From NCBI GenBank assembly GCA_963807405.1, contig CAWEBU010000003.1, forward strand, positions 422,158 to 486,157: 64,000 bases of DNA, read 5' to 3'. The stretch comes from an uncultured Acidobacteriota bacterium. Lineage in GTDB: Bacteria; Acidobacteriota; Vicinamibacteria; Vicinamibacterales; UBA2999. Under the pieces are notes generated by a model that had not been told where the DNA came from, searched no databases, and saw only the letters and a list, made by a program, of their open reading frames with translations. Positions 32,065 to 46,526 of this stretch are shown here, piece after piece. Both the position numbers and the translations under genes were made by a program. How positions within the stretch are numbered: position 1 is the first letter of the stretch; each line of letters begins with the position of its first letter.

Positions 32065-33024
32065 GGCCGCACCCGCGGATCGAGCCATGCGTGCAGCAGG
32101 TCGGCCACCAGATTGAAGACGATGACGGCCACCGAGCTGGCCATCAGGAGCGCCATCAGCACCGTGTAGTCACGACGGCCGAGCGCCTCGGTGAACAGGC
32201 TGCCGACACCGGGCCACGCAAACACGCTCTCGGTCACGACCGCCCCCGGCACGAGCAGCGCGGCGTCGAGCAGGACGACCGTGGCCACCGGCGCCAGCGC
32301 GTTCGGCAGGGCGTGCCGCAGCAGCCGGGCGCGCGCGGGCAGGCCGCGGGCGCCAGCGGCGGCGACGAAGGGCGAGCCCAGGACATCGACCATCGACGCA
32401 CGCAGGTAGCGCATCCACGCGGCGGCGTGCACGAAGGCGAGCACCGCCGCCGGCATGACCAGGAACGACAGGCGCACCAGCCAGCTCCCATCGGTGGCGC
32501 GCCCGGACGACGGCAGCCAGCCGAGGCCGATGGCGAAGACGAGCTGCAGCACCAGGCCGAGCCAGAACACCGGCAGCGACACCCCGACCGCCGCCACGCC
32601 CGACAGCGTGCGGTCGACCAGCGTCCCCCGGCGCACGGCCGCCACGAGGCCGGCGGGGAGCGCGGCCGCCACCGCCAGCACGAAGGAGGCGAACAGCAGT
32701 TCGGCCGTCGCCGGCAGCCGCTCGAGCACGCGCTCCAGCACGGGACGGCCGTCGCTGAAGCTGTAGCCCCAGTCGCCGGTGACGAAGGCGCCGAGCCAGC
32801 TCAGGTACTGCACCCACAGCGGCCGGTCGAGGCCGAGCGCGCGCCGCAGGCGCTCGAGGTCCTCGGGCCGGACGCCGGGATTCGACGAGGTAGACCTCGA
32901 GCGGCCCGCCCGGCACGAGTTGCAGCAGCCCGAAGGCGATGGCCGAGACGATGAGGAGCAGCGGCACCGCTTCGACGATCCGGCGCAGGGCCAGACGCGC
33001 GAGCGGCCCTACTGAAGCGTCCAC
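32061..33024 (-). CDS. Peptide ABC transporter permease (DppB/OppB-like); frameshift near 32885
   Basis: LVPGGP, GDWGYS, RLPAT, HALPNAL, ESVFAWPGVG, LDPRV. Confidence 0.85.
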
Positions 33025-34655
33025 TCGTGCACGTTCCAGAACGGCCCGGTGTTGGTGGGATTGCCGGTGAAGCCTTGCAGGCGGGCCGGCACGGCGTCGA
33101 GCTTGGTCACGCCGTAGAGCGGGATCTCGATGGCCAGCTCGGCGATCGCGCTGCCTGCGCCTCGCCCAGGATGCGGCGCGCGCTCGCTCTGACCGACCGT
33201 GCGATCGGCGGCGTAGACGAGCCTGGTCAGCGCGTCGTCGGTGACGTAGTTGATGTTGCGGCCGCGCGGCGGCATGCGGTCCGCGGCGAAGAACAGCGTC
33301 AGCTCCGGATCGGCCGGCAGCTGCCACCAGTGCAGCATCGCGTCGAAGTTCCCCTCGAACCACAGCTTGCTGATGCTGGTGCCGTCGATGGAGCTGCACG
33401 GCGGCGTCGACGCCGACGTCGCTGAACTGCCGCTGCAGCACCTGCGCCACGTTCTCGCGCACGGCGAAGCCGGCCTGCGTGATGAGCGTGAAGGCGAAGC
33501 GCCGGCCGTCCTTCTCGCGGATGCCGTCGCCGTTCGCGTCCTTCCAGCCGGCCTCGTCGAGCAGTGCCGCGCACGCGCCGGGTCGAAGGCGTAATGGCGG
33601 ACGTCCGGGTTGTAGGCCCACGACACCGGCTGCATCGGGCCGTCGGTCACCGGCGCCAGCCCGTCGAGGATCGTGCGTCGACGATCAGCTCGCGGTCGAT
33701 GGCGTGGATCAGCGCCCGCCGCACCCGCACGTCGGCGAAGGCCGGGAAACGCCCGCTGGTTGAGCGTGACGTGCTCGTAGCCGTTGCCGTCGATGCGGTG
33801 CACGGACACGCCGGGAATCGCCGCCACCTCGCGGTACTTGTCCCACGGGAACATCGACGACCATGTGCACTTCGCCGCTCTTCAGCTGGTTGATGCGGGT
33901 GTTGGTGTTGGCGATGAAGCGGAAGGTCAGCGTCTTGATGGCACGCCGGCGTGCCCGCCAGTAGTCGGCCACGCGCTCGAGCCGGATGTACTCGCCCGCT
34001 CTTCCACTCCGCCACCCGGTACGGGCCGGTGCCGAGCGGGCGCGCGGTTGTAGTCGTTGGCGGTGTCGATGTCGCGGCCCTCGAGCACGTGCTTCGGCAG
34101 CGTGCCGCGGACGAACTGCAGCTGGTAGGGCGCGTAGACCTCCGGTAGTGCACGCACCGCCGTCAGCGGGTCCGGCGTGTCGACCGACGTGATGCGGTCG
34201 AAGCCGTCGGTGCTCTCCGGGTTGTAGGCCGGGCTGTTGATGGCCTCGACGGTGAACTTCACGTCGGCCGAGGTGTGCGGCATGCCGTCGTGCCACTTCA
34301 CGCTCGGGCCGCAGCTTCCAGGTGACGTCCATGCCGCCGTCGGGCCGCAACGTCGACGCCGCCGTTCTCGAGCGTCGGGACCTCGGCCGCCAGCAGCGGC
34401 ACGATCTCCATCTTCTCGTCGGTGGTCACGAGGCCTTCGACGACGCAGGTCTCGATGTCTTCGAGGATGTGCGTGCTGAAGCGGTTGAGCGTGTCGGGCT
34501 CGCGGTCGTAGCCCGACGACCAGCCGATCGTTGGCGCCGGCCCGCCGCCCCGGCGGCCTGCCGGCCCGCTGGTCCGCTCGTGGACGAGCCGCCGCCACAC
34601 CCGCCGGTGGCCACGGCGGCCGCCAGCACCACTGCCAAGTGCCGCCGCGCGTCAT
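33009..34655 (-). CDS. Peptide ABC transporter substrate-binding protein (family 5); multiple frameshifts
   Basis: Fragments in different frames: EPDTLN, VKWHDG..TSADVKFT, GTGPY, VRRALIHAIDR, WNVHEW. Confidence 0.8.
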
Positions 34656-36365
34656 CGACGCGCTCTCCTCGTCCAGCATCAGCCTGGCGATCAGCGCCAC
34701 CGGAATCGCGCCGTAGCCGAGCACGCGGTCGTGGAAGCGCGCGCAGCGAGAACGCCGCGCCCTGGCGCGCCGCACAGCGTCGACGCGCAGACCGGTGCAG
34801 CCCGCGCGTGCCCAGCCAGTACATCACGGCCGTGCCGGGATACATGCAGTTCTTCACCGCCTCGGCCCGCGCCGCGGCCGGCGCCATGCGCGCCCGCGTC
34901 TGCGTAGAGGCCGGCCGCCTCGTCGGCACGTCATCGCGCCCGTGTGCAAGCGACAGATCGACCACCGCCCGCGCCGCGATGCGGACGCGCGTGTGCTGCT
35001 GCGCGATCTGCTCGAGCGGCGTGAGGAAGCCGATCTCCTCCATCAGATCGCACGACGTAGCAGGCCCAGCCCTCGGCCAGCGTGCCGCCCGGGAACATGG
35101 CGATGCGGCAGGCGCCGTCGACCGCCGCCACCTGTCCGATCCGCGAACGCCGCCGTGTAGGCGTGCTAGTTCTGCACGTGATGTCCGATGGCGCCGTGGT
35201 GCACCACGTGGTTGAGCGTGATGACGCTGTCGTTGCCGCCCGCAGCCGCGCCTCGAGCGCGTCGCCGCTCCAGCCCGTCGAGCGGCGGCACGACGTAGTC
35301 GAAGGTGCCGAACGGATCGAACGGCGCCGGCGAGCGGTAGAACAGGTAGTAGAGGTGCGGCGCCGCGTCGCGGGTGTGCGCGGGAATCGGCACGTAGCGC
35401 ATCGGCGCCGTCCGGCCAGGTGACGAGATCGACGTCGCTGCGCGGCCTGCCGGCAGGCCTGCCACTTCTCGTCGAAGCGCGCCAGATAGTCCTCGGCGGT
35501 GCGGATGCTGGGCCGCCAGCAGCTCCTGCACGGCGGCCCAGCCGCCATGCGGACGCGCCAGCGCGTCGAGGCGCGAGCGTGCGCCTCGTCGAGCGCCGCG
35601 GTGGCCTCGGCGAGCAGCTCCGGGAGCGGCGTGGTCACGCCGTGGCCGCGCGTGAGCGAGCAGCGCCAGGAGTTCGCCGCCGACGCTGCTCGCGCGGCGC
35701 CGCGGGCAGCGCCGCCACCAGCGCCACGAAGCGGCCGAGCGCGTCGGCGGCGCGCGCGGCGGCGGCCCGCCACGGGCCGGCGTCGCCGTAGCCGGCGGAC
35801 CCGGCCACCGTCGTCGACCCAGGCCGGCAGCGCGTCCTCGAAGCAGCGCCATCGCCGGCACGCGCTTCGCGCACCGCCTTGTCGCGCCAGTCGAGCCGGC
35901 GCCTCGCGCAGCGTCGTCGGCGGCGGCTGCCAGGAAGCCGGGCACCGCGTCGAGCCGCTGGCGGCGCGGACTCGAGACGCTGCGCGAGCGGCGCGAAGTC
36001 ACGGGTCACGAGCGACAGCACCGCGAACATCGCTTCGCCGGTCCACAACGTGGGATTGCGGTGGAGGAAGTGGCCGCTCTCGTGCTCGGCGAGCGCGATC
36101 TCGAGCGTGCGCGTCGGCCAGCGCCAGGTCGACCTCGACGTCGGGAACGCCGTGACGGCGTCGTCGGGCACGCGGCCGGCGGCGTCCAGTTCGCGGCGCA
36201 CGCGCCTGCATCGCGTCGGCCTCGGCGTCGAGTCCGGCCGGCGACCAGTCGGGCAGCCGGTCGTCGTGGACGTGCACGCCGGTGAACGTGGCGGTCACCG
36301 GACGCTGCCGGTAGAAGGTGTCGAAGAAGCGGTCGAGCGCGGCCGTGGCCGCCTCGCGCGCCCCT
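34652..36365 (-). CDS. DUF885-like protein; multiple frameshifts, boundaries approximate
   Basis: PVTATFTGVHVHDDRLPDWS, HHGAIGHHVQN, AEGWACY, PGTAVMYWLG, FHDRVLGYG. Confidence 0.65.
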
Positions 36366-37496
36366 ACGCCAGCGGGAGCGTCACCCAGCGCCGTTCCCGG
36401 AACGAGAGCTCGACGGCGTTGATCGTCTCCTGCACCCACGCGCCGTCGTCGAAGTTGCCCTCGTTGCGCGTCGTCGTCGGCCAGGATCTCGCCGATGAAG
36501 CTGCTGATGAGGTTGGCGTAGAACAGCGACCGCCACGACTCCTCGCGCTGCCGCCCGGCGGATAGAAGCTGCTGCGGCACCTCGAGCTCGCGTGAACTCC
36601 ACGTGGTCCGTTGTCGGCCGAGCCTTGATGCGCTCGCAGATGCCGTACTCCTCGACCAGGCGGCAGATGATCGCGCCCTCGCTGCCGTAGAGCCGCGCCT
36701 CGATGCCCGGGTAGTTCCCGACCGTGACGAAGCTCGTCTGGATCGAGCCGAGCGCGCCGTTGGCGAACTCGCCGATGAAGATGTCGCCGTCGTCGATGTT
36801 CATCCGCATCATCTTGCCGGTGGCGCGCACCATGCGCTCGGGGATGAAGTTGCGCATCGTGCCGACGACCTGCGACAGGTCGGCGCCCACCATCAGGTGC
36901 GCGATGTCGATGATCGGCGCGCCGTACCCCTCGAGCGACGAGACGTGCAGGATCGATCTGGTCGGCGTCCGGATCGACCTGGCGCAGCGGGTTCTGCGGG
37001 TCGAGCCACTGCGAGTTCTGCTCGTAGCCGTTGAAGATGAACGGCGTGCCGACGAAGCCGTCCGTCGATCAGCTGGCGGCATGTAGCGCATCGCCGGCGC
37101 GTAGCGGAAGGTGAACCCGAGCTTGGTCTTCAGGCCCTTCGCCCGCGCCAGCTCGGCGGCCCGCCGGGTGTCGCGGAAGTCGAACGCCACCGGCTTCTCG
37201 CACAGCACGTGCTTGCCGGCCTCGAGCGCCGCCCACGACGAGCTCGAAGTGCGTGCTGCTCGGCGTGCACACGTCCACCAGGTCGAGGTCGGCGCGGGCG
37301 ATGAGCGCCTCGTGCGAATCGTAGACGTGGGGAATGCCGAATTGCCGGCGCGGCCTCCTCGGCCAGCGCCTTGCTCGGGATCGGCGATGGCGACCAGCTC
37401 GCACCGCGGGTCGCTGGCGAAGCCGGGCAGGTGCGCGACGCGGGCCCAGGCTCCGGCGCCGAGGACGCCGACACGAACGCGACGGGGTTCAGGCAT
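36364..37496 (-). CDS. Gfo/Idh/MocA family oxidoreductase; multiple frameshifts
   Basis: VGVLGAG, DVCTP, GKHVLCEKP, GFTFRY; reconstructed end RERRWVTLPLA*. Confidence 0.85.
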
Positions 37497-37533
37497 GTGG
37501 AGGCGATGATAGCGCGAGCCGACGCTTGCCCGG

Positions 37534-38361
37534 TCAGGCGCCGTGGCCGGACGGCGCGAGATCGGCCAGGTGATACACGCCGCGCGCCGGCGACGCGGCG
37601 ACGCCCTCGGCGACGAGGGCGCGGTTGCCGAGCCCGGCCTCGGGCCGCGACAGCCCGGTGACGCGCGCCAGTTCGCCCGGCACCGTCATGCCGGCGCTCG
37701 CGAGGAAGGCGTGCGCGATCTCACGACGCGCCGACGCCGGCGTGACTTTCCTGGTGAGCTGGTCGGGAAAGCGTCCGACGGCGAGCGTCCAGATATAGGT
37801 GAACCACGGAGCGTAGAGCACCTCGCTCGGCACGACGAGCATGGCGCCCTGCAGTTCGTCCATCGCCTTGGTGAAGGTGGCGCGGTCGGTCACGCCGGAG
37901 TCAGTGCGCAGATCGCCGGTCGCCATCTCCCACTCCCGGCGCAGCACCTTCAGGATGGCACGCGCCTCGCGGCTCAGGCGGCGAGGCTCGGCGGCCCTGG
38001 TCACGCCGAAGAGCGCGTGGAAGTGCGGGATCAGCCGAGGGGCGAGGAACATGGTCTTGCCGCGCCCGAGCTTGGCGTAATACACCTTGCCGCGGCGGAT
38101 GACGTCGTCCTTGAGCAGCCAGGTGTGGGAGGCCTCGGGATCCTTCTGTACGTTGCGCGGCATGACGGCATCGCGGCGGCCACAGACCGCCACGTAGAGC
38201 GACGGACCGGGTTTGCGGGAATCGGTCAGGCAGGCGGCAAAGCCCACCTGCTCGACGAACTGCTCGGCGTCGTAGGCGGTCTCCACCTGGCGCACGCCCT
38301 CGCGGCGCCAGCGGCGGTCGCGGAAGTCTTCGATCTCGTCGGGCAGGACGTGGCGGGGCAT
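37534..38361 (-). CDS. AlkZ/YcaQ-related winged-helix protein (putative)
   Basis: Intact [21 protein letters not shown] pattern resembles AlkZ-related proteins. Confidence 0.5.
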   Translation of the reverse strand: MPRHVLPDEIEDFRDRRWRREGVRQVETAYDAEQFVEQVGFAACLTDSRKPGPSLYVAVCGRRDAVMPRNVQKDPEASHTWLLKDDVIRRGKVYYAKLGRGKTMFLAPRLIPHFHALFGVTRAAEPRRLSREARAILKVLRREWEMATGDLRTDSGVTDRATFTKAMDELQGAMLVVPSEVLYAPWFTYIWTLAVGRFPDQLTRKVTPASARREIAHAFLASAGMTVPGELARVTGLSRPEAGLGNRALVAEGVAASPARGVYHLADLAPSGHGA

Positions 38362-38437
38362 CGCAACGCTTCATGCTAGCCGGTCGCGGCCGGGGGAACC
38401 AGGGCGCCTCGCCGGCGCTATACTCGGGCCGTTCCCC

Positions 38438-41029
<2,592 letters not shown>

Positions 41030-41096
41030 GTCGGCGGGCCACCCTCACTACAATGGCGCCTGTTCGTTCCACTCGCTCGGCATTGAGAGGCTGATC

Positions 41097-41945
41097 ATGA
41101 CTGTGAATCGATGGCTCGCCACGGGTCTCGGGGTCGTGGGACTCGCGCTGGGTGCCGCCACTGCCACCGCGCAGGCCCCGGTCAAGTACGTGAAGTACGA
41201 GCTCGGCGCCACGGCCTCGTGGGGCATCCTCGAGAACGACACGACGATTCAAGCCCTCTCGGGCGCGCCGTGGGCCGGCGGCAAGCCGACCGGGCGCCGC
41301 GTCAAGGCGGCCGAGGTGAAGTACCTGGCGCCGGCCGAGGCGACGAAGGTGATCGCCGCCGGCCTCAACTACAAGAGCCACATCGGCCAGTCGTCGCCGG
41401 CGAAGTACGTCGGCCTGTTCGCCAAGCTCCCGACCTCGCTCGTCGGGCACGGCGGCGACATCGTCTATCCCGCCGACGCCTCCAGCCTCCACTACGAGGC
41501 CGAGATCTGCGTCGTCATCGGGAAGACCGCGCACAACATCAGCGAGGCCCAGGTCAAGGACCACATCTTCGGCGTGACGCCGTGCAACGACGTCAGCGAG
41601 CGCAACTGGCAGCGCGACGACCTGCAGTGGTTCCGCGCCAAGGCTGCCGACACCTTCGGCCCGATGGGGCCGGCGCTGGTCAGCAACGTGGACTACAGCA
41701 AGCTCAAGCTGATCGGCCGTCACAACGGCCAGGTGGTGCAGGAAACGACCACCGATCTGCTGATCTTCGACATCAACAACATCGTCAGCTACACCAGCCG
41801 CTACGTCACGCTCGAGCCCGGTGACGTCATCTTCACCGGCACGCCAGGCACGACCAAGCCGATGAAGCCCGGCGATACCTTCGAGGTCGAGATCGTCGGC
41901 GTCAGCACCCTCAAGAACACGGTGGTGACGAAAGCCGGGCACTGA
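41097..41945 (+). CDS. Fumarylacetoacetate hydrolase family protein
   Basis: GLNYKSH, HYEAE, NDVSER, DTFGPMGP, GDVIFTGTP. Confidence 0.92.
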   Translation: MTVNRWLATGLGVVGLALGAATATAQAPVKYVKYELGATASWGILENDTTIQALSGAPWAGGKPTGRRVKAAEVKYLAPAEATKVIAAGLNYKSHIGQSSPAKYVGLFAKLPTSLVGHGGDIVYPADASSLHYEAEICVVIGKTAHNISEAQVKDHIFGVTPCNDVSERNWQRDDLQWFRAKAADTFGPMGPALVSNVDYSKLKLIGRHNGQVVQETTTDLLIFDINNIVSYTSRYVTLEPGDVIFTGTPGTTKPMKPGDTFEVEIVGVSTLKNTVVTKAGH

Positions 41946-41964
41946 AGCGCCACCGGGCCGGCGC

Positions 41965-43611
41965 CTAGAACCGCGAAGCGCGAATCCAGGTGTCGGACCG
42001 CTGCCACGCCTTGTCGAGTTCGGCTGTGACCTCGGCCACCGGCTTGCCTTGCGCCTCGAGCGCCTGCTTGAGGCCGAGCAGCGACCAGCCGTTGTGCGGG
42101 TGCTCCTCGAGCTCCTTGCGATACGTGGCTTCCGCCTCCGCCGCCATGCCGGCGTCGAGCTGCATCGCGCCCAGCCAGTGCCGCGCGTCGAAGGGCAGCG
42201 GCTCCGGCTCGTCGTACTCCAGCGAGTCGTCCAGCTTCACCGCTTCCTCGAACTTCTCGAGCGCCGTCTTCCGGTCGCCGACGTAGCGGGCGATCTCGCC
42301 CTCGAGGATGTTGGCGGCGATACCGAGCAGTTTGGCCGCCTCGTGGCCGCGGAAGCTCTGCTTCGAGGTCGTGGCGCCCTTCTGCACGCGCGTCAGGTAG
42401 AGGCGGGCGAAGTCGACCTCGCCGGCGCGCAGCTTGGCGTAGCCCTGGGCGAAGTCCCACAGCCCGGCCGGCACCTCGCGCTCGGGGCGCTTGGCCACTG
42501 CCGGGATCTCCTCGAAGCGCCCGAAGCGCAGCAGCGTGAGCACGTGGTACATCGTGTCGCCGGTGCTCTTGGCGTAGTCCTTCCCGGCCTGGATCGCCAC
42601 CGCACCCTGGCTGTCGTTCGACGCCGCGAAGAGCAGCATGTGCAGGTTGTGGTCGGGGTAGATGGCGAAGCCCTCGCCGATGGCCGCCTTGAGATCCGAG
42701 TGCCAGGCCTGGATGTTGGCGCGCACGCCGTCGTTCCAGCGGCCGATCTCGTTCCAGGTGTGCGACGGCATGTGGTTCATGTGGCTGGCCCCGGGCACCA
42801 GGTCGCCGAGGAACTCGGCGCAGGCCGCCGCCTTGCCGGGATCGACCGTGGACTCGGTGGCGTGCACGTAGAGGTGGCAGGCGCCGGGATGCTTGATGTC
42901 CCTGGCCAGCACGCCCTCGAGCACCTTGTGCAGCCGCTGCACGTTGGGATTGTTGATGTCACGCGTGCCGCGGCGCGGCTCGAGCAGGAACAGCGCGTCG
43001 CCGTAGAGCGTCACCGCGTCCAGGTCGTCGGGCAGCGCCTCGGCCACCTTCTTCATGGCATCGGCGTAGGCGCGTTCCTGATCCATGCGGTTCTTCGGAT
43101 CGAAGGTCGGCACGTAGCGCACCTGGATGGCATCGATGAACGCCTGCTCCCACGGCAGCTTCGCGTGCGCCTTGAGCGCCAGCGCCTTCTTGGCGGCGGC
43201 GTAGGCAAACGGCGAGTGCTCGGCCAGGATCGGGCCGTTCAGGTACGAACCCCACGCCCACGCTTCGCCCCAGTAGCAGATGGCGCAGTTGGCGTCGCGC
43301 TGCCAGGCGGCGCGGAACGAGCGCACCGCGTCGAGCTTGGCGAACGAGTACATCATCTGCATGCCCTGCGTGAAGAGCGCCTGGGCTTCAGGGTTGGCGG
43401 TGGTGATGGTCTTCGTGAAGGGCCCGAGGCCCACGGTGTAAATCGGGATGGGCTCGGCGACGTATTTCGGCAGGTCCCCGGGCTTGCTGGATGCCGGGTC
43501 GCCGCCCATCGCCATCATGTCGTGCTGAGCCAGGGCGGGTGTGACACCCATCAGCACCGCCACGCCTGCCGCCAGTGTGGCCACTCGCACGCTATTGGAA
43601 CAACAGCCCAT
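41965..43611 (-). CDS. Secreted TPR-like conserved protein
   Basis: Signal peptide; CAICYWGEAWA, HPGACHLYVH, HMPSH, HPHNGWSL. Confidence 0.75.
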   Translation of the reverse strand: MGCCSNSVRVATLAAGVAVLMGVTPALAQHDMMAMGGDPASSKPGDLPKYVAEPIPIYTVGLGPFTKTITTANPEAQALFTQGMQMMYSFAKLDAVRSFRAAWQRDANCAICYWGEAWAWGSYLNGPILAEHSPFAYAAAKKALALKAHAKLPWEQAFIDAIQVRYVPTFDPKNRMDQERAYADAMKKVAEALPDDLDAVTLYGDALFLLEPRRGTRDINNPNVQRLHKVLEGVLARDIKHPGACHLYVHATESTVDPGKAAACAEFLGDLVPGASHMNHMPSHTWNEIGRWNDGVRANIQAWHSDLKAAIGEGFAIYPDHNLHMLLFAASNDSQGAVAIQAGKDYAKSTGDTMYHVLTLLRFGRFEEIPAVAKRPEREVPAGLWDFAQGYAKLRAGEVDFARLYLTRVQKGATTSKQSFRGHEAAKLLGIAANILEGEIARYVGDRKTALEKFEEAVKLDDSLEYDEPEPLPFDARHWLGAMQLDAGMAAEAEATYRKELEEHPHNGWSLLGLKQALEAQGKPVAEVTAELDKAWQRSDTWIRASRF

Positions 43612-43685
43612 CGATTCCTCCCCTGTCCGTGACGCGCCGGACACGGCCGATCATACTGGAAAGAGATACGTGGGCCGGCCGCTGG

Positions 43686-44654
43686 TCAACCCAACCAGGC
43701 GTGCAGGGTGCACTCGCTGCGCACGTAGTGGGCGCCGACGGCCACGTAGACGCGCACGGTCGGCACGTTGTGGAGCTGGGTCTGGGTCTCGGTGACCTCG
43801 CCGGCCGCGAAGTTGGCGGCCGCCAGCTCGCGAATCAGGCCGGCATAGGCGCCGGGATGCTCGCGCCGGCAGGCGCCGAGACTGCCCGCCCACAGCGTGG
43901 TACCGCCAGCGCTCGACGCCGGCTCGACCCGGCGCGTGCTGGCCCACCCGACCAGTCCGCCCTGGCCGTCGTCGGCCACCATCATGCGATCCGCCATGCG
44001 GCCGTGGCAGCACTGGCGCGCCCACTCGAGATAGAGCGCGTCGCCGCGGTCGCGCGGCAGCCACGGGTCGAGCTGGAAGCGGCCGCGGAACCCCGCGAAG
44101 GCTTCCGCGGTGATGGCCAGCACCTCGGCCTCGTCACGCGGTTCGTAGGGACGCACCTGCCCCACCGCGCGCACCTCCGGCGGCGCCTCGCGGCGCGGGT
44201 GCGTGAAGTAGGTGGCCAGCACGTCCATCGTGCGGAACCCGGCCGCTTCGAGGGCGGCGATCGCCTCCATGTCGGCGATGTCGAGCTTCGCGGTGAGGTG
44301 GAGGATGCCGCGCGCCCGGCACTCATCCAACAGAGCGTCGATGACCGGCGTCAGGAGCTGCCGCGGGGCCGCCGGCCCCCGCAGCAGCCAGTCGATCCTG
44401 GCCATCGGCACGCCGAAGAACGTCGAGTCCCAGGCCAGCGGCCGGCACAGGCCGATCACGGCATCGTCGCCGTCGCCCGCCACGCGCATGAACTGGCCGT
44501 CAACGGCACGGCTGCGCGCGATGTCGGCCAGCAGCATGGCGTGCTGGCGTGGCCGCGACCAGACGCGGTAATCGCGGTACGGCTTGAACGGATAGCGCGA
44601 CGCCACCGCCTCGATGAGCGGCTCGTCGTCCGGCTGCACCTCGCGCGTCGTCAC
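43686..44654 (-). CDS. GNAT acetyltransferase, WecD/RffC-like
   Basis: LAWDSTFFG, RFQLDP..LYLEW, TQLHNVP..VY. Confidence 0.7.
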   Translation of the reverse strand: MTTREVQPDDEPLIEAVASRYPFKPYRDYRVWSRPRQHAMLLADIARSRAVDGQFMRVAGDGDDAVIGLCRPLAWDSTFFGVPMARIDWLLRGPAAPRQLLTPVIDALLDECRARGILHLTAKLDIADMEAIAALEAAGFRTMDVLATYFTHPRREAPPEVRAVGQVRPYEPRDEAEVLAITAEAFAGFRGRFQLDPWLPRDRGDALYLEWARQCCHGRMADRMMVADDGQGGLVGWASTRRVEPASSAGGTTLWAGSLGACRREHPGAYAGLIRELAAANFAAGEVTETQTQLHNVPTVRVYVAVGAHYVRSECTLHAWLG

Positions 44655-44867
44655 GTGGTGATCCTCGTGGCAGGCGAGAGCCGCGGCCAAAGACACGCGG
44701 ACCGGCGTGGCGGAGCGAGCGGCGCGGACGAGGTGAGGACAGCAGATGGCAGGACGACTCTCCCAGAGGGCCACCTCCATCGGTCGCGCGCCGCGGCGGA
44801 CGCGACGGGAGATGTTGGTGCGCGCTGCCTACTATATGCGGCGACGCTCCGCGGGTATGCTGTCGCG

Positions 44868-46340
44868 GTGACGCGCCGCCACTGGCTGGCCGCCCTGGCC
44901 GGCGTTTCCCCGACCCTGCTGGCCGGGCTCGTCCGCCCGGCGCGGACCCAGTCGCGGGCGCCCGCGGATCCCACCGCCCTCGACATCGCCGGACTCGGCC
45001 GCGCCTTCGCCAGCGGCCGCCTGACGCCGCTGGAGGTGACGGCGGCCTACCTGGCGCGCATCGAGCGCGACAACCCCGGACTCGGGGCCTTCGTGACCGT
45101 GTCACGCGAACGCGCGGTGGACGAGACACGCCGGCTGCTCGCCAGTGGCCGTCCGTGGTCAGCGCGACGCGCCCTGGCGGGCGTGCCGGTGGCGCACAAG
45201 GATCTGCTGCGCACGCGCGGCGTCGTGACCGCGGCCGGCTCGCGCCTCTACGAGCACCAGGTGCCGGACGAGGACGCGGCCGTGGTGGCCCGGCTCGCCA
45301 TGGCCGGTGCCGTGATGCTCGGCAAGACCAACACGCACGAGCTCGGCGGGGGTGTCACGACCATCAATCCGTTCTTCGGGACGACACGCAATCCGCGCGA
45401 CCTGACGCGCATCCCCGGCGGCTCGAGCGGCGGCAGTGCGGCGGCGGTGGCCGCCCGCCTGGCGCTCGTCGCGACCGGCAGCGATACCGGCGGCAGCGTG
45501 CGCATTCCGGCGGCGCTGTGCGGCTGCCTCGGGCTGAAGCCGACCTTCGACCTGCTGCCGACCACCGGTCTGCTCGGCGCGTGTCCGACCTTCGACCACG
45601 TCGGGCTGCTGACGCGCACGGCCGAGGACGCCGCGCTGACGCTGGCCGCGCTCGTGCCAGCGCGTGAGGGCGCGGGACCATCGGGTGAGGCGCTGATGGA
45701 GGCCTACCGCGCCGCCGTGACGCGCGGGCTGCGGGGGCTGCGCGTGGGGGTCGTGGCCAGCCAGGCGTTCGACGCGCGGGGCCGTGATCCTGACCCACGC
45801 GTGGCGGTTGCCGTGGAGGCCACCCTGGACGGCATGCGTGGCGCTGGCGCGCGCGTGCGCGGTGTCCACCTCGCCCTTCGCGCCGCCCACTACGACGAGA
45901 TGTTCGGCCCGATCGCGGTGAGCGAGATCCGCGCCACCTATGCCGATGCGTGGCGCACGCGGCCAGATGCCTTCTCGAAGGAGTTCGCCGCCGTGTTCGA
46001 CGGCACCGGACCGACCGCTGGCGAGGTGGTCGCCGCGCGCGCGGCTCGTCACTCCGCGCAGCGAGCGATCGAAGCGATGTTCGACGAGCTGGACGTGCTC
46101 GTCCTGCCCACCGTGCCCGTGGTGGCGCCGCCGATCGCCGGCCCGATCGACGGCGCGCGGCTCCTGCAGAACACCTGGGCCTTCAACGCGGCGCGGGTCC
46201 CGGCCGTGTCGGTGCCGTGCGGGACCGCGTCGGAAGGGTTGCCGGTCGGCTTGCAGATCGTCGGCCGTCCCTTCGGCGACGCGGCGCTGCTCGCCGTGGC
46301 GACGGCGGTCGAACGCCTGAACGGCGCACCCGGCGCATGA
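44868..46340 (+). CDS. Amidase signature family protein with Tat-like signal
   Basis: TRRHWL, GVPVAHKD, GGSSGGS, GSDTGGSVR. Confidence 0.92.
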   Translation: MTRRHWLAALAGVSPTLLAGLVRPARTQSRAPADPTALDIAGLGRAFASGRLTPLEVTAAYLARIERDNPGLGAFVTVSRERAVDETRRLLASGRPWSARRALAGVPVAHKDLLRTRGVVTAAGSRLYEHQVPDEDAAVVARLAMAGAVMLGKTNTHELGGGVTTINPFFGTTRNPRDLTRIPGGSSGGSAAAVAARLALVATGSDTGGSVRIPAALCGCLGLKPTFDLLPTTGLLGACPTFDHVGLLTRTAEDAALTLAALVPAREGAGPSGEALMEAYRAAVTRGLRGLRVGVVASQAFDARGRDPDPRVAVAVEATLDGMRGAGARVRGVHLALRAAHYDEMFGPIAVSEIRATYADAWRTRPDAFSKEFAAVFDGTGPTAGEVVAARAARHSAQRAIEAMFDELDVLVLPTVPVVAPPIAGPIDGARLLQNTWAFNAARVPAVSVPCGTASEGLPVGLQIVGRPFGDAALLAVATAVERLNGAPGA

Positions 46341-46526
46341 ACCGGCACCTGGTCCATCCCGGCGGCGCCGAGCGGCTACAATCGTCGCGATGCGACGCCG
46401 TGCTGTCGGTGCCGTGAGCGCGTTGACACCGCCGGCATCGCTCGCCCTCACACTCCCCCTCGGCCTTTCGCGACGCGACGCCGGCGCGGACACCCGCGGC
46501 ACGACCGCGTCCGACGTGGCGGCCAC

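Noticed and set aside
33009..37496. Calling these genes pseudogenes or programmed frameshifts
   Set aside because: The indel-only damage pattern and the lack of consistent slippery sites point to assembly error. This cannot be settled without reads.
43575..46340. 921-aa amidase ORF
   Set aside because: The N-terminal half is antisense to the GNAT gene. The amidase most plausibly starts at GTG 44868.
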